Source: an uncultured delta proteobacterium
Lineage (GTDB): Bacteria; Myxococcota_A; Polyangia; Polyangiales; Polyangiaceae
DNA length: 64,000 bases
Reading direction: 5' to 3'
NCBI GenBank assembly: GCA_963841435.1
Contig: CAWJCS010000003.1
Location: forward strand, 672,001 to 736,000
Of this stretch, positions 10,376 to 20,875 are shown piece by piece. The notes under the pieces were generated by a model. That model was not told the DNA's origin. It made no database searches and was given only the letters and a program-made list of their open reading frames with translations. The translations under genes and the position numbers were made by a program. Numbering within the stretch: the stretch's first letter is position 1; every line of letters starts with the position of its first letter.

Positions 10376-11566
10376 ATGAGGGCTCGAACAACGCTGATCG
10401 CACCCCTCGTGATGTGGGTCGCTGCCTGTAGCGAGAGCTCTGATCCGGGAGCTCCGGGGGGCAGCGGCGGCTCCATGAGCGCGGCGGGGGGTTCGACGAC
10501 CGCGGGCGCTCCGAGCGCGGGCGGCACGACGAGCGGCGGCGGTGGCTCGGCGAGCGGCTCGGCGGGTGCTGCGAGCGGCGCGTCCGGGTCGGGCGGCTCC
10601 GACACGGCGGGCGCGGGTGGCGCCGGAGCCGGTTCCTCCGGCGCGACCAGCGGCACGTCCGGGGGCGCGGGGACCGGCGGGACTCTCGGTGGATCGGGCA
10701 TGGGCGGCTCCGGGGTGGCCGGCTCGAGCGGCATGGGCGGCTCGACGGATGCCGGTGCCGGCGGCACGGCCGCGGGCGGCAGCGCTGGCGCGAGCGGCAA
10801 AGGTGGCAGTGGCGGCAACACGACCGCGTGCACGCGCGAGCTTTTGTCGAGCACGACGGACGCCTACTTCACGGCCCTCGCGGCGCACGACCCTTCGACG
10901 CTGCCACTGGCCGCCAACGCGAAGTTCACCGAAAACGGTGAGGTGCTCGACATCGGAACGGCCGGCCTCTGGCAAACCGCTGGGGCGCTGAAGTACAAGC
11001 ACAGCGCTCTCGATACCGAAGAGTGCAGTGCCATGAGCCAGGCCGTCGTCCCCGACGGAACCATGGACATCCCGTTCGCGCTCAGGCTCATAGTCGTCGC
11101 CGCGGAGATCACCGAGGTCGAAACCATCGCCGTCCGCCCTGGCGACTACTCGCTCGGGAGCTCCAGTACGTCGGCGCTGGCCTCGAGCGGCGACAGCGTC
11201 CATTGGGACGACCCGGTGCCCGCCGCCGACCGCAACACGCGCGAAGAAATCACCGCCTGGATGAACAAGTACTTTCGCCTGTTCCCGGCCGGCGTCTGCA
11301 ACACCACGAGCGCCTGCCGCCGCCTCGAAAACGGCGGCGGCAACTTCATGTGCACCGCTGGCGCGAGCTGCAGTCCCAACCAGCCGGGCCCAGGCGACAA
11401 CGAGCTCACGCCCCGTCTCATTTTCGCCGACGTCGAGAGTGGGCTCGGTGTCGGCCTCACGATGTTCCAGGGCAACACGGACATGCACATGTTCAAGATG
11501 TACGGGGGTCAGGTGCACGGCGTGAGCGCCGTCTTGGGCGGCGCCGGCAGCCCCGGGTGGCCGTAG
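10376..11566 (+). CDS. Lipoprotein with Gly-rich linker and uncharacterised Cys-containing domain
   Basis: Lipobox VAAC; about 130-aa G/S/A/T linker; domain begins CTRELL..YFTALAAHDPSTLPLAANAKFTENG. Confidence 0.85.
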   Translation: MRARTTLIAPLVMWVAACSESSDPGAPGGSGGSMSAAGGSTTAGAPSAGGTTSGGGGSASGSAGAASGASGSGGSDTAGAGGAGAGSSGATSGTSGGAGTGGTLGGSGMGGSGVAGSSGMGGSTDAGAGGTAAGGSAGASGKGGSGGNTTACTRELLSSTTDAYFTALAAHDPSTLPLAANAKFTENGEVLDIGTAGLWQTAGALKYKHSALDTEECSAMSQAVVPDGTMDIPFALRLIVVAAEITEVETIAVRPGDYSLGSSSTSALASSGDSVHWDDPVPAADRNTREEITAWMNKYFRLFPAGVCNTTSACRRLENGGGNFMCTAGASCSPNQPGPGDNELTPRLIFADVESGLGVGLTMFQGNTDMHMFKMYGGQVHGVSAVLGGAGSPGWP

Positions 11567-11609
11567 CCGCGCGCCGCTCGCGCGTCACAGGCTCCGCGGC
11601 GAAGACGGG

Positions 11610-12224
11610 TCAACCCGTGGGGCGGCGCGGGGAGCCGAGGTAGGCTGCAATGCCGGGCCGAACCCGCACCCCGTCGAAGAAATCGCGAAGCCGTGGATAC
11701 CCGTCGAGGGAAGCGCCCTCGACCCACGTGAGCAGCGAGTCGAGCACGTCCCAGACGGCGATGTCGGCGTGGTTCAGCGTGTTGCCGCTGAACCAGTCTC
11801 CGCCGCCGTTCTCGCGGAGCAGCCGCTCGAAGGCCGGCAGCCAGCGCCGCTTCAAGGGTCCCTCGACGAACGCCTTCTGCAAGGAAGGGCCCTCGGGCCC
11901 GAACAGCTCGAAGTAGAGGATTCTGAGGTCCTCGGCACCGAGCACAATCGAATCGGCGCGAGCGCCGACTTCGAGCCCGCCTGGCACTCGGCCGTGCTGG
12001 CGCGCGAGGTAGCCGAGGATGGCCGGCCCCTGACTGAGGCGAAACGCACCGTCTTCGAGCATCGGCACCGATCCGAACGTGAAGTGTCCGGGGTCGCGGT
12101 CGTTCGTCTCGGCGAGCTCCCTACGCGTGATGAAAGCGTCCTCGTACTCGACGCCGAGCTCGTGAAGCAGCAACCGCACCTGCTCCGCGCGCCCGCGCTT
12201 GTTCCAGTAGATGAGTCGGACCAT
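11610..12224 (-). CDS. Glutathione S-transferase
   Basis: LIYWNKRGRAEQVRLLL, FGSVPMLEDG, SQGPAILGYLAR, ADIAVWD. Confidence 0.9.
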   Translation of the reverse strand: MVRLIYWNKRGRAEQVRLLLHELGVEYEDAFITRRELAETNDRDPGHFTFGSVPMLEDGAFRLSQGPAILGYLARQHGRVPGGLEVGARADSIVLGAEDLRILYFELFGPEGPSLQKAFVEGPLKRRWLPAFERLLRENGGGDWFSGNTLNHADIAVWDVLDSLLTWVEGASLDGYPRLRDFFDGVRVRPGIAAYLGSPRRPTG

Positions 12225-12625
12225 GGCGAAACGACGCCACGCTACCCGATGTCCCTCCCCCAACCCAGCGGCCCGGCGCCGCGAGCTCCGAAGTCACGTC
12301 GCGAAGCATCCCGAGGGGGCACGCGAGCGAGGGGACAAGGCGAGCGAGCGGCCCGCGCCTCGAGTCGAATTGTGACAGCGAAGGACATTTCCGCGCTCAG
12401 CACCCGACGGACACGTCGCAGCGCCCGGGCGTCGCGCTGACGCGCGACGGCCGCGCCCTCAGATGCCCCGCGACGTTGGAAAGGTGAGCAGGTAAATGGC
12501 TCGTTCCTACTCTTAACCTACGCGGCCCATTAATCCGTACGCTACCAGTCTGCCAAGGTCTCGTGGCTCACCCTCCTGGCTTGCTGTGGGGCCGGCACGA
12601 TGACCGGAATCGAGAGCTTGGAACC

Positions 12626-13852
12626 ATGACCGACTCGCGCACACCCATCTTGCTCGGCGCCGTGGCCTTGATGGCCCTCGCCTGCTCTTCCGACGGTACG
12701 AGCGACACGATCCCCATTGGCACGGGGGGCGGCGGAGCGGTGGGCGGATCCGGTGGCCAATCAGCCGGCGCGAGCGGAAGCGGAGCGCTCGGCGGCGCCG
12801 GTGCGACGGGTGGTGCCGGGACCGGCGGTCAGGCCGGTGCCACGACGGGCGGCGCGAGCGGCACGGGTGGCACGGGCGGCTCGCTGGCGGGCGGCGGCGG
12901 TTCGTCCGGCACCGCGGGTGGCGCGGGCGGCGCGGGCGCCGGCGGCGCGGGCGCGGGCGGCACAGCGGGAGGCGGTGCCTCGGGTGCTGCGGGAAGCGCG
13001 GGTGACGCCGGCTCGACGTCGGGTGGCTCGAGCGGACAGGGCGGTGCTTCGGGCGCCGGGGCGGGCGGCGGCGCGGGTGCTGGGTCGGGCGGCGGCTCGT
13101 CCAATCCCGTCCCGAGCGCCGGGTGCGGGAAATCGGGGCGGCCGAGCGGTGGCGTCGTCACCGTCAGCAACCAGCACATCTACACGTTCCCGACGAGCTA
13201 CGACGGGACGACGCCCTACCCGTTGCTCGTCGGTATGCACGCTGCCGGCAACCCCATCGACGAGATCAAGACGCTGACGGACGGCTCCGACATCGACAAG
13301 AACTACGTCCGCGCCTTCCCGAAGAGCGCGGGCAACGAGTGGGTCTACAACACGGATCTGAGCAAGGTTCTCAGTATGTACGACGAGCTCGTCTCGACGT
13401 ACTGCATCGACACGAGCCGGGTGTTTGCCACCGGTCACAGCTCGGGTGCCCAGATGATCGTTCAGATCCTGACGCACGCCGACTCCGCCATGCACATGGG
13501 CTTCAAGGCCGTCGCGCCCGTGGCGGCCTCGGACTACGGCGCACTCGTCGTCCCGATGCCCGTCATGTACATCCAGGGCAAGAACGATTCGGTCCGAAAC
13601 AGCGACGGCCACGAGACCGTCGCCCGCTTCACGAAAGCCAACACCTGCGGGACGACGACCATGCCGTACACGCTGGTGCCGGCGTGCATGAGCAGCGGCA
13701 TGTCGGTCAACGCGGGCTGCATCAGCTACGACGGCTGCACGGTGCCGACGGTCTGGTGCGCGCACAACGACCCCGCCTACAGCGGCACGAGCCACGGCTG
13801 GCCGTGTTTCGCCACGAAGGCAATGTACGACTTCTTCGAGGCGCTCCCTTGA
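12626..13852 (+). CDS. Esterase lipoprotein (CE1 / feruloyl esterase-like alpha/beta hydrolase)
   Basis: Lipobox ALAC, Gly-rich linker, PSAGCG, YCIDTSRVFATGHSSG. Confidence 0.88.
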   Translation: MTDSRTPILLGAVALMALACSSDGTSDTIPIGTGGGGAVGGSGGQSAGASGSGALGGAGATGGAGTGGQAGATTGGASGTGGTGGSLAGGGGSSGTAGGAGGAGAGGAGAGGTAGGGASGAAGSAGDAGSTSGGSSGQGGASGAGAGGGAGAGSGGGSSNPVPSAGCGKSGRPSGGVVTVSNQHIYTFPTSYDGTTPYPLLVGMHAAGNPIDEIKTLTDGSDIDKNYVRAFPKSAGNEWVYNTDLSKVLSMYDELVSTYCIDTSRVFATGHSSGAQMIVQILTHADSAMHMGFKAVAPVAASDYGALVVPMPVMYIQGKNDSVRNSDGHETVARFTKANTCGTTTMPYTLVPACMSSGMSVNAGCISYDGCTVPTVWCAHNDPAYSGTSHGWPCFATKAMYDFFEALP

Positions 13853-14077
13853 TGGGCCATAGAGGCGCGAGCCCCTCGTCGCCCTGAAAGCTCCCGGCAG
13901 GCCGTGCAGAATCCGCCGAGAGGAAAATCGAGCCAGCGAGGGAGTAAGCAATTTCACCCAGTCGCGTGACCTTTGGGGGAGGGAATTGACCGTGCGAACA
14001 CCTGCATACGCGCGAGCCGGACCGGGCTGATGAAGGGCCGACCTTCGGCTAGGCTCAGCCGGATGGGTGGCGTGGGA

Positions 14078-15668
14078 ATGCTCCGGCTCTTGATGGTGGG
14101 GCCAGTGCTCGCCATCTGCTGCTCCGTCCCCCCCTACAGCTTCGTTTCCCACGACGAGGAGAGCTGCAGCGACGGAATGCTCACTGGCTCGGAGAGCGAC
14201 ATCGACTGTGGGGGCCCATGCGACCCGTGTGAAAACGGTAGGATCTGCGACCGAGACACGGACTGCGTGGTCGCGAGCTGCGTCGATCGCATCTGCCAGG
14301 CGGCACACTGTGTCGATCAGATGCTCGGTGACGGGGAGACCGACGTCGATTGCGGAGGAACGGAGTGCCAGCGCTGCGGCGTGCGACAGGTTTGCGACAT
14401 CGCGTCGGATTGCACGAGCAACTCGTGCGTGATGAGCGAGTGCGTCGCCACCGGATGCGACGACGAGAAGGTGAGCGGCAGCGAGACGGACCTGAACTGC
14501 GGTGGCGGCACCTGTCCCCCGTGCCACATCGGCATGCGCTGTGAGCTCGGCGGCGACTGCTCCACGGGCATCTGTCTCGACGGCATCTGCAGCACCGAGT
14601 CGTGCGGCAACACGCTGCGCGACGCCGACGAAGAGGGCGTCGATTGCGGGGGGAACTGCCCGAAACCCTGCGACGCCGAGGCGAAGTGCTCGAACGACGA
14701 GCAGACCGAGGCCGAGACGGACATCGACTGCGGGGGCGGCACCTGCCCGCGCTGTGCGGACGGCAAGCATTGCCTGCTGGATGCAGACTGCGCCGGCAAC
14801 GTCTGCGACGACGGCACGTGCACGGCGCCTTGCATGGGCAGCGACTGCGGCACGGGCGGCACGGCGGGCATGGGCGGTATGTCAGGCGATGGCGGGACGG
14901 GTGGAAGCGCGGGCGCCATGGGCGGTGCAGGTGCCGGGGGTGTTCTCGGCGATGGTGGCACGTCCGCTTCCGGTGGCGTCGAGCAAGGGGGGGCGGGTGT
15001 TGGCGGGGATCTCGGCAGTGGCGGCATCGCTGGCGCGGTCGGCGGCGCCGGTCAGGGTGGCGCAGGCATGGGTGGTAGCGCGGGAGCGGGCGCCGGAAGC
15101 GGCGGAGCGGGCGCGGGTGGCATGCCCATGCTCCCGGCTCCGACCTGTTCGGGATGCGCGCGCCTCGAGGTGCCCCTCGCCTCGCCGACCGACAAGGCAA
15201 ACTACGTCATCAATCTGCAGAACACCGTGAGCTTTGCGTCAGCCACGATGACGATGCGCGTCTACCGGGAAGCGGGCACGGGCGGAGAGTTCAAAGGCTA
15301 CGTGCAACACAGCGGCTCGCCGGACTACCAGCAGCTCTTCCAGACCACGGCGGTCCCGCTCGGCTCGATCGGCGGCTGGCAGATGGTCACCTGGGACATC
15401 GGTGCCGAGCCGGGAGGCTACGACAAGACGATCGTCGGGAGAGTGGGCGTCCAGGTCACGGGCGCTGGCTCGACGAGCTGGCTCAACCCGACCATCATCT
15501 ACGTCGAACTCGATCACGGTGAGCGGCGTCAACGCCGGACCCTGGAGGTTCGACGCGAGCAGCTCGATCGTCACGACCCTGACGACGAGCGCTTCGGCGG
15601 GCGTGCTTTTCTGCAACTCCGGCGACAGCCCCGTCTCCGGCTCGGCCGTGAGCTGGTACTCCCGCTGA
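14078..15668 (+). CDS. Secreted Cys-rich repeat protein with Gly linker and C-terminal beta-sandwich (frameshift near 15507)
   Basis: Five E(S/T/E)(D/G)xxCGG repeats; removing one A at 15507 gives VDSITVSG...SWYSR*. Confidence 0.8.
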
Positions 15669-16111
15669 ACAGCCGCGCGGACCGCCTCCACCTTGGACCT
15701 TCGTTGGGCCCGCGGGCTCAACGCGCTGGAGAAGGCGGCGTGGGCGCCTCCCCGTCTTCACGGGTCGGCGGCGCCCGCGACAAGGTTGCGCTTTTGCCCA
15801 CCGGGGGGCCTTGACAACCTGGTCCGGAAGACCGAGCTCGAGGCGCGAGAGCAGCGTCAGGCGGAGCTCCTTCGCGCGCACACCGGCCACCAGATCGTCG
15901 AGATCATCATGTTCGTCAGCTCCGAGAGCGGGGGTGACGTACTCTTCATCTACCGCAGAGGGGAGAACTTGCAGCGGGCTGGCACCCGCTTTCTGTTCGG
16001 GACTTCCGACATCGACAAGGAGTTCGCTCGACTGTTGCTCGAAGCGACCGACTTCGCCGGGGCCCGCTGCCTGCCCGTCGGCTGTCGCTCACCCGCCGTC
16101 AACGACTGAGC

Positions 16112-16373
16112 GCGGGCGAGCAGCCGAGTTCGAGCCGCAGGGCAACGCCGTGCGTCTCCGCATGCAAGCTTTCTCGCGACGCGAGATCCGCGTCGCTCGC
16201 GACGAGAAGGGCGTCTTTCGGCCCACGCTGACGATCGCCGGCCAGCCCGCGACGCTCGAGAAGATCTTCGTGGCCACCGACGAGCACGGTCCGAAGCCGA
16301 GCGTCCGATACGTCGAGCTGGCTGGCATCGGGGGTCGAGCAAGAAGCGCGTCGTGGAGCGCATCACGCCCTAA
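16112..16373 (+). pseudogene. DUF4833-like C-terminal remnant
   Basis: TLTIAGQPATLEKIFV...PSVRYVELAG and, after a frameshift, KKRVVERITP*; no N-terminus visible. Confidence 0.55.
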
Positions 16374-16394
16374 AGCGCGGTCCGACTCGTCGGC

Positions 16395-16829
16395 TCACCC
16401 TCCTCGAGCGAAATTCTCGGCGGCGATGCCCATCCCCGGCGCCTTGTCGGCGTGGTGGTGGATGAGCTTCCACGTGCCGTCGACGCGACGCAGGACGTTG
16501 GTGCACGCCAGCGTTTCCCCACCGAACGAAGGCGAGCTCGTGAAGATGCACGTCGTGTAGGCGAAGTCGCCGTAGACGTGCGCCCTCAGGTCCCGCACCT
16601 TGCTGCCGCCGCGCTCCGGCCGCCCGAGCGACGCGAAGATCTCGAAACCGACGACAATCTCGTCCCAGCCCTGAGACCACTCGCCGCTCGGGTGCCCGCC
16701 GGTGACCAGCGCGCTGTGCTCCCACGCGTCTCTGATCTTTTCGAGACCCCTGCCCGAGGCCATGTCGTCGATGCCGTCATAAAACTGCTGGGCTTTCGCG
16801 CAGACCTCTTCTTCAACCGTCATGCTCAT
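16395..16829 (-). CDS. NTF2/SnoaL-like protein
   Basis: HPSGEWSQGWDEI, TNVLRRVDGTWKLIHHHAD; strong RBS AGGAGGAG. Confidence 0.9.
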   Translation of the reverse strand: MSMTVEEEVCAKAQQFYDGIDDMASGRGLEKIRDAWEHSALVTGGHPSGEWSQGWDEIVVGFEIFASLGRPERGGSKVRDLRAHVYGDFAYTTCIFTSSPSFGGETLACTNVLRRVDGTWKLIHHHADKAPGMGIAAENFARGG

Positions 16830-16858
16830 CTCCTCCTTTTGCCCTTCTCATACTTTGC

Positions 16859-17239
16859 CTAGGCGCGCCGACCCGAGTTTCCCCCGTCCCCAATCCATTC
16901 GACTCGGGCTCCCGCCGCACTCTCGGATGCAATCCTGACGAGCTGAAGCTTGGTGAGGGGGTTCGTCGTCACGACCGAGGTCTGGGATATTCCGAGAGCT
17001 TCGAGGGAACGCAAAAGGAGGGCAAATGCCTCCTGACCCTGCTCACGCATGGGCTTGAGGCCGCTCATGTCGATGGCGAGCGTGGCTCCTCGCGGTTGGC
17101 TCCTGCACGCGTTAACGACCGCGCTCGCAAAGGCGGATGCCACCTCGACGCTCCAGAAACCCCAACCGGTCACCCGGACGTTGCCGACAAAAGGAGCGTC
17201 CACCGAGAAGCCTGCATTTTCATCTCCCACGCGGAGCAT
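16859..17239 (-). CDS. Hypothetical protein, STAS/SEC14-like alpha/beta fold
   Basis: GFWSVEVASAF...LAIDMSGLKPM...KLQLVRI pattern. Confidence 0.65.
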   Translation of the reverse strand: MLRVGDENAGFSVDAPFVGNVRVTGWGFWSVEVASAFASAVVNACRSQPRGATLAIDMSGLKPMREQGQEAFALLLRSLEALGISQTSVVTTNPLTKLQLVRIASESAAGARVEWIGDGGNSGRRA

Positions 17240-17519
17240 CCGACCTGTTTGTGCACCCGCGGAGGCAATATTGCCAAGGTCATTCGCGCTGATGGGTACT
17301 TTTTATTCGACGCCAACTCGCTCGCTCGGCGACGAAGACACGGCTACCCACACTCACCCATGGCGCCCGACATCACGCTCGCGCGTTCTCGAGTCAACCT
17401 CGCGATCAACCGGGGCGGCGCGTCCCGCCAAGGGAGGCCACGAACGCCGATGGCCGGGGATTTCGCCGACGAGTGGCGCGAATTCTCGGCGGCTCCTCGG
17501 CGTGCTAAAATGGGCGGTG

Positions 17520-18353
17520 ATGCTCGTGAGCCGATTGCCCCTGCTCTGGGCCTTCGCGGGCGGCTGCGTCCTCAGCGCGGCGCTCATCAGCGCCTTTCAC
17601 GGCGGCACGGGGACACGCTCGACTGACGCCCGAGGCGCGCGCGAGACGGAGCCGCGCCAGGAGCCGGCCCTGGCGTACCGCGTGGAGAGGCACCACGAGG
17701 TCGCCGCGAAGGAGCGGTCCGCCTCGGAGGAGGACAGCGCGCCCCAGGCGGAGCCGGGTAGCTCCGTTGCCAACGTCCTGACCCGTCTGGAAGCCGCCTA
17801 CCGTGCGGGGCTCGGAGCGGCCGGCCCGGACGCCGCGCCGATGAACGCCCGCCAGGAGCCGACGCCGCCCGACCCGCCGCAACAGGCCGCCGAGACGGTG
17901 CCCGCTGCACCGACGGCGACCACGACGCTCGCCGAGGCCGCGCCCGAGGAGGCTCCCGCTCACGAGGAGACCGCCGTTGTCCTCGCGGCCGCCGCGCCAC
18001 CGACGACGCCCGCTCCTTCGCCCGCCGGACACTCCGTGCCCGCGCCAGCAACCGATGCGCCACGAGCGCTCGCTTCCCTCGACGACGTGCGGCCCCGCGA
18101 CATCCACATCGGTGACGTCCAACAGAACAACTACGCCGGCGACGTTCACCAGGGTGACGTGTACGTGGTCCAGCAGCTCGCCGTCCTTCAATACGTCGAG
18201 CTCGCCGCACCGTCACCCAGCGGGCGACTCCATTCCCGGGGCAACAGACTTCCTGGCTGGAACACGCGCCGCGCGCCCCTCTTCGCTACGTCGCTGACCA
18301 ACCCGGACAATCCCTGGGGCTTCGATTTTCCTCCGACCGTCCTCGCCAAGTAG
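17520..18353 (+). CDS. Membrane-anchored Pro/Ala-rich hypothetical protein
   Basis: N-terminal hydrophobic segment, low-complexity middle, GDVxQ repeats, C-terminal NPDNPWGFDFPP. Confidence 0.7.
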   Translation: MLVSRLPLLWAFAGGCVLSAALISAFHGGTGTRSTDARGARETEPRQEPALAYRVERHHEVAAKERSASEEDSAPQAEPGSSVANVLTRLEAAYRAGLGAAGPDAAPMNARQEPTPPDPPQQAAETVPAAPTATTTLAEAAPEEAPAHEETAVVLAAAAPPTTPAPSPAGHSVPAPATDAPRALASLDDVRPRDIHIGDVQQNNYAGDVHQGDVYVVQQLAVLQYVELAAPSPSGRLHSRGNRLPGWNTRRAPLFATSLTNPDNPWGFDFPPTVLAK

Positions 18354-18405
18354 GTAGCGCGAGCGCTTCGCTCGGTGAGCACGCCGAAAGAACGGCAAGG
18401 GAGTG

Positions 18406-19497
18406 CTAGTAGCGCGGGACCTTGACCCAAATGTTCCGGAAGCGGACCGGGTTTCGATGGTCTTGCAGCATGAGCGGCTTCGGGCCTGGGCCGTCCGCCT
18501 CTCCGGCCTGGGTCGCGCCACCCGGCGGATCGAGCTCCACGTCGTTCTGAACGAGCTCGCCGTTCAGGGTCGCCGAGACGACGACGGCGTTGTCGGTCTT
18601 CGTGTTTCCCTGCCACACCGAAGACTTGAACTCGATCTCGTAAGTATTGAAAACGAGCTCCGGATTGCAGGCGACCACCAGCGGCGCGGAGATCCCGTAC
18701 ACGGCACCGCAGGTGTTGATGTCGGCGGGCTGACCCACCGAATCGAGAACTTGCAGCTCGTACGCGCTTTTCAGGTAGACGCCGCTGTTGCCGCGGTCCT
18801 GGCCCGTCACGCTCGGGGGATAGCTCGGCGTCATGTACTCGAGGTGTACACACAGGTCCTCGAAGGTCATCACCGTGTGAACGTTGGTGGGTGGCTCCAC
18901 GGGGACGACCTCCATGGTGCCGTCGCCCACGAGCTTCCACTGGCACGGGCCGTCGGTCGCTGCGTTTCGCCACGCGTCGAGGCTCGTTCCGTCGAACAGT
19001 ACGATGCGACCGTCGGGGCTCTCGAAGTCGCATCCGGTAACGGGCGGACCGCCGCCCGCTCCGCCCGAATTCGACGTTCCCGCCGCCCCCGACGATGCTC
19101 CACCCGCGCCCGCGTTCGTGACACCCGCGGTACCGGCCGAGCCTCCCGCTCCGCCTCCTGCTCCCGACATCGCACCCGCCGTGCCGGCACCCGCTGCGCC
19201 GCCGGACGGAGCCGCGCCTCCCGAAGCGGTACCGCCCGTCGTCGCGCCGGCCGAGCCCGCCATCGGCATGCCGCTGGACCCGCCTGACCCCGCGGAGGTC
19301 GACCCGCCGAGCGCATCGCTGCCGGACGCCCCGAAGGCGGCGGAGCCGGCGACCCCTGCCGCGGCGAACGTTCCGCCCGTCATCGCGCCCGCGGCGCCGG
19401 ACGCGGCTCCGCCGCCTTTCGGCGCATTCGAGCCACCGGATCCGCAAGCACCGATGATGCTCGCGGCAACGCCGAGCACGAAGGCGGCACGGCTCAT
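18406..19497 (-). CDS. DUF1080 (3-keto-disaccharide hydrolase family) lipoprotein
   Basis: Lipobox IGAC, Gly linker, LFDGTSLDAW, GNSGVYL, YELQVLDS, LQDH, FRNIWV. Confidence 0.92.
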   Translation of the reverse strand: MSRAAFVLGVAASIIGACGSGGSNAPKGGGAASGAAGAMTGGTFAAAGVAGSAAFGASGSDALGGSTSAGSGGSSGMPMAGSAGATTGGTASGGAAPSGGAAGAGTAGAMSGAGGGAGGSAGTAGVTNAGAGGASSGAAGTSNSGGAGGGPPVTGCDFESPDGRIVLFDGTSLDAWRNAATDGPCQWKLVGDGTMEVVPVEPPTNVHTVMTFEDLCVHLEYMTPSYPPSVTGQDRGNSGVYLKSAYELQVLDSVGQPADINTCGAVYGISAPLVVACNPELVFNTYEIEFKSSVWQGNTKTDNAVVVSATLNGELVQNDVELDPPGGATQAGEADGPGPKPLMLQDHRNPVRFRNIWVKVPRY

Positions 19498-20768
19498 GGA
19501 AGCACCTGGATGCGCACGTTGCGATAGAAGACCTCGGCGTGCTCGGCCTGGAGCGCGATGGGCCCGGAGGTGACCGGCGCGCCCGCGGAGCCGGACCAAT
19601 CGTTGACGCTCAGCACCTTGTTCACGACGTGACCGTTGACGATGTATACGGCAGTGCCGAGGTCGACATCGAGCTCGATCGTGTTCCAGTCGGCAACCTC
19701 GAAGCTCTCGCTCCGGCCGTGCTGCACGTAGCCGTTCGCACCGTCGACGACCTTCGGGGTTCCGCCGTCGGCGGCGTCGACGAACGTCGTGCCGCCATTT
19801 CGTGCCGTCAACGTGCAGCGCGCGTAGAGCGCGAAGATGTCGCCCACCGTGCCGTCCTTGATCTGAAATTCGATCGACGACGGCCAGACCTGGGTCTCGT
19901 CGGCGTGGAGGTGCCAGAGCACGCCAGCGTCACGCGGATAGCGAGCCAGGTCGGTATACGGCGCGAATTTCTTCGTGCCCCAGCGGTAATCGAGCCAGAA
20001 GCGGTAGCGCGTGTACGAGGCGTCGCTCACGAGCGTGTGGCGGGCCTGCGTCGACTGATCGGGCGCATCGCCGTAGACCCGGATGGCACCGTCCTCGGGC
20101 TTGAAGATCGCTTCGGCCTCGGTCGTGGTGAGCTTCGTGCCGGGCGAGGTCGCCTGCGTCTCCCGGTACGCCGTCCAACCGTCGAGGTCCGTGCCATCGA
20201 ACAGATCGACGATGGGCGGCTCGCTCGAGGTGCCACCCGCTGCCGCCCCCGCCGCCCCAGAGCCAGCGCCCGCCGCGCCGCCTGCAACCCCCGCCGTGCC
20301 GCCGCTGGCTGCGGCCCCCGCAACGCCCGCAGCGCCTCCGGACGGCCCCGAGCCCGAGGCGCCTCCGGTTCCGCCGCCCGCCATGCCGGCATTCGCGAAA
20401 CCGCCCGTCCCCGGGCCAGCAGCAGCCGCACCGCCCACGCCACCGCTGGGCGCGTTGCCTGAACCGCTCGAGCCCTTGCCGCCGACACCTGCGCTGCCCG
20501 TCGCGCCACCTCCTGCCGTGCCACCGCCGGCCGACCCTCCGGTGCCACCGCCTCCGAGTCCGCTCCCACTACTCGAGAAGCCCCCGCCGGGGGCCGTGCC
20601 TCCCGTCGCCTGCGACGAGCTGCCTGCATCCGAGCAGCCCCCAAGCAAACAAGCGACCGAGCCGAGCGTCAGTGCAGCGCGAAGCAGCCCGGGGGCTTGC
20701 GCCGAGCCGGGGGGCCGCACGAGGCGCCGAGCCGGGCAACCACGCGAAAAATCGGTCGTGAACAGCAT
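19494..20768 (-). CDS. DUF1080 lipoprotein (start uncertain)
   Basis: Lipobox LGGC, Gly linker, LFDGTDLDGW, RDAGVLWH, WPSSIEFQI, LQAEHAEVFYRNV; ATGA overlap with the next gene. Confidence 0.9.
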   Translation of the reverse strand: MLFTTDFSRGCPARRLVRPPGSAQAPGLLRAALTLGSVACLLGGCSDAGSSSQATGGTAPGGGFSSSGSGLGGGGTGGSAGGGTAGGGATGSAGVGGKGSSGSGNAPSGGVGGAAAAGPGTGGFANAGMAGGGTGGASGSGPSGGAAGVAGAAASGGTAGVAGGAAGAGSGAAGAAAGGTSSEPPIVDLFDGTDLDGWTAYRETQATSPGTKLTTTEAEAIFKPEDGAIRVYGDAPDQSTQARHTLVSDASYTRYRFWLDYRWGTKKFAPYTDLARYPRDAGVLWHLHADETQVWPSSIEFQIKDGTVGDIFALYARCTLTARNGGTTFVDAADGGTPKVVDGANGYVQHGRSESFEVADWNTIELDVDLGTAVYIVNGHVVNKVLSVNDWSGSAGAPVTSGPIALQAEHAEVFYRNVRIQVLP

Positions 20769-20875
20769 GAGTCCGTGGGCACTTCGCCGTGCCGCCGTCC
20801 ATCTCGTTGCCTCGGGAAGCCAGAACCGGGCACGACACGGTCCCGAAGGCCCTCTCCTCTTGCTTCCGAGCCGGC

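Noticed and set aside
15693-16109. ORF upstream of the DUF4833-like remnant
   Set aside because: No convincing start or recognisable motif; left unannotated.
17264-17275. Palindrome GGCAATATTGCC upstream of the STAS-like gene
   Set aside because: Single occurrence with no known regulator match.
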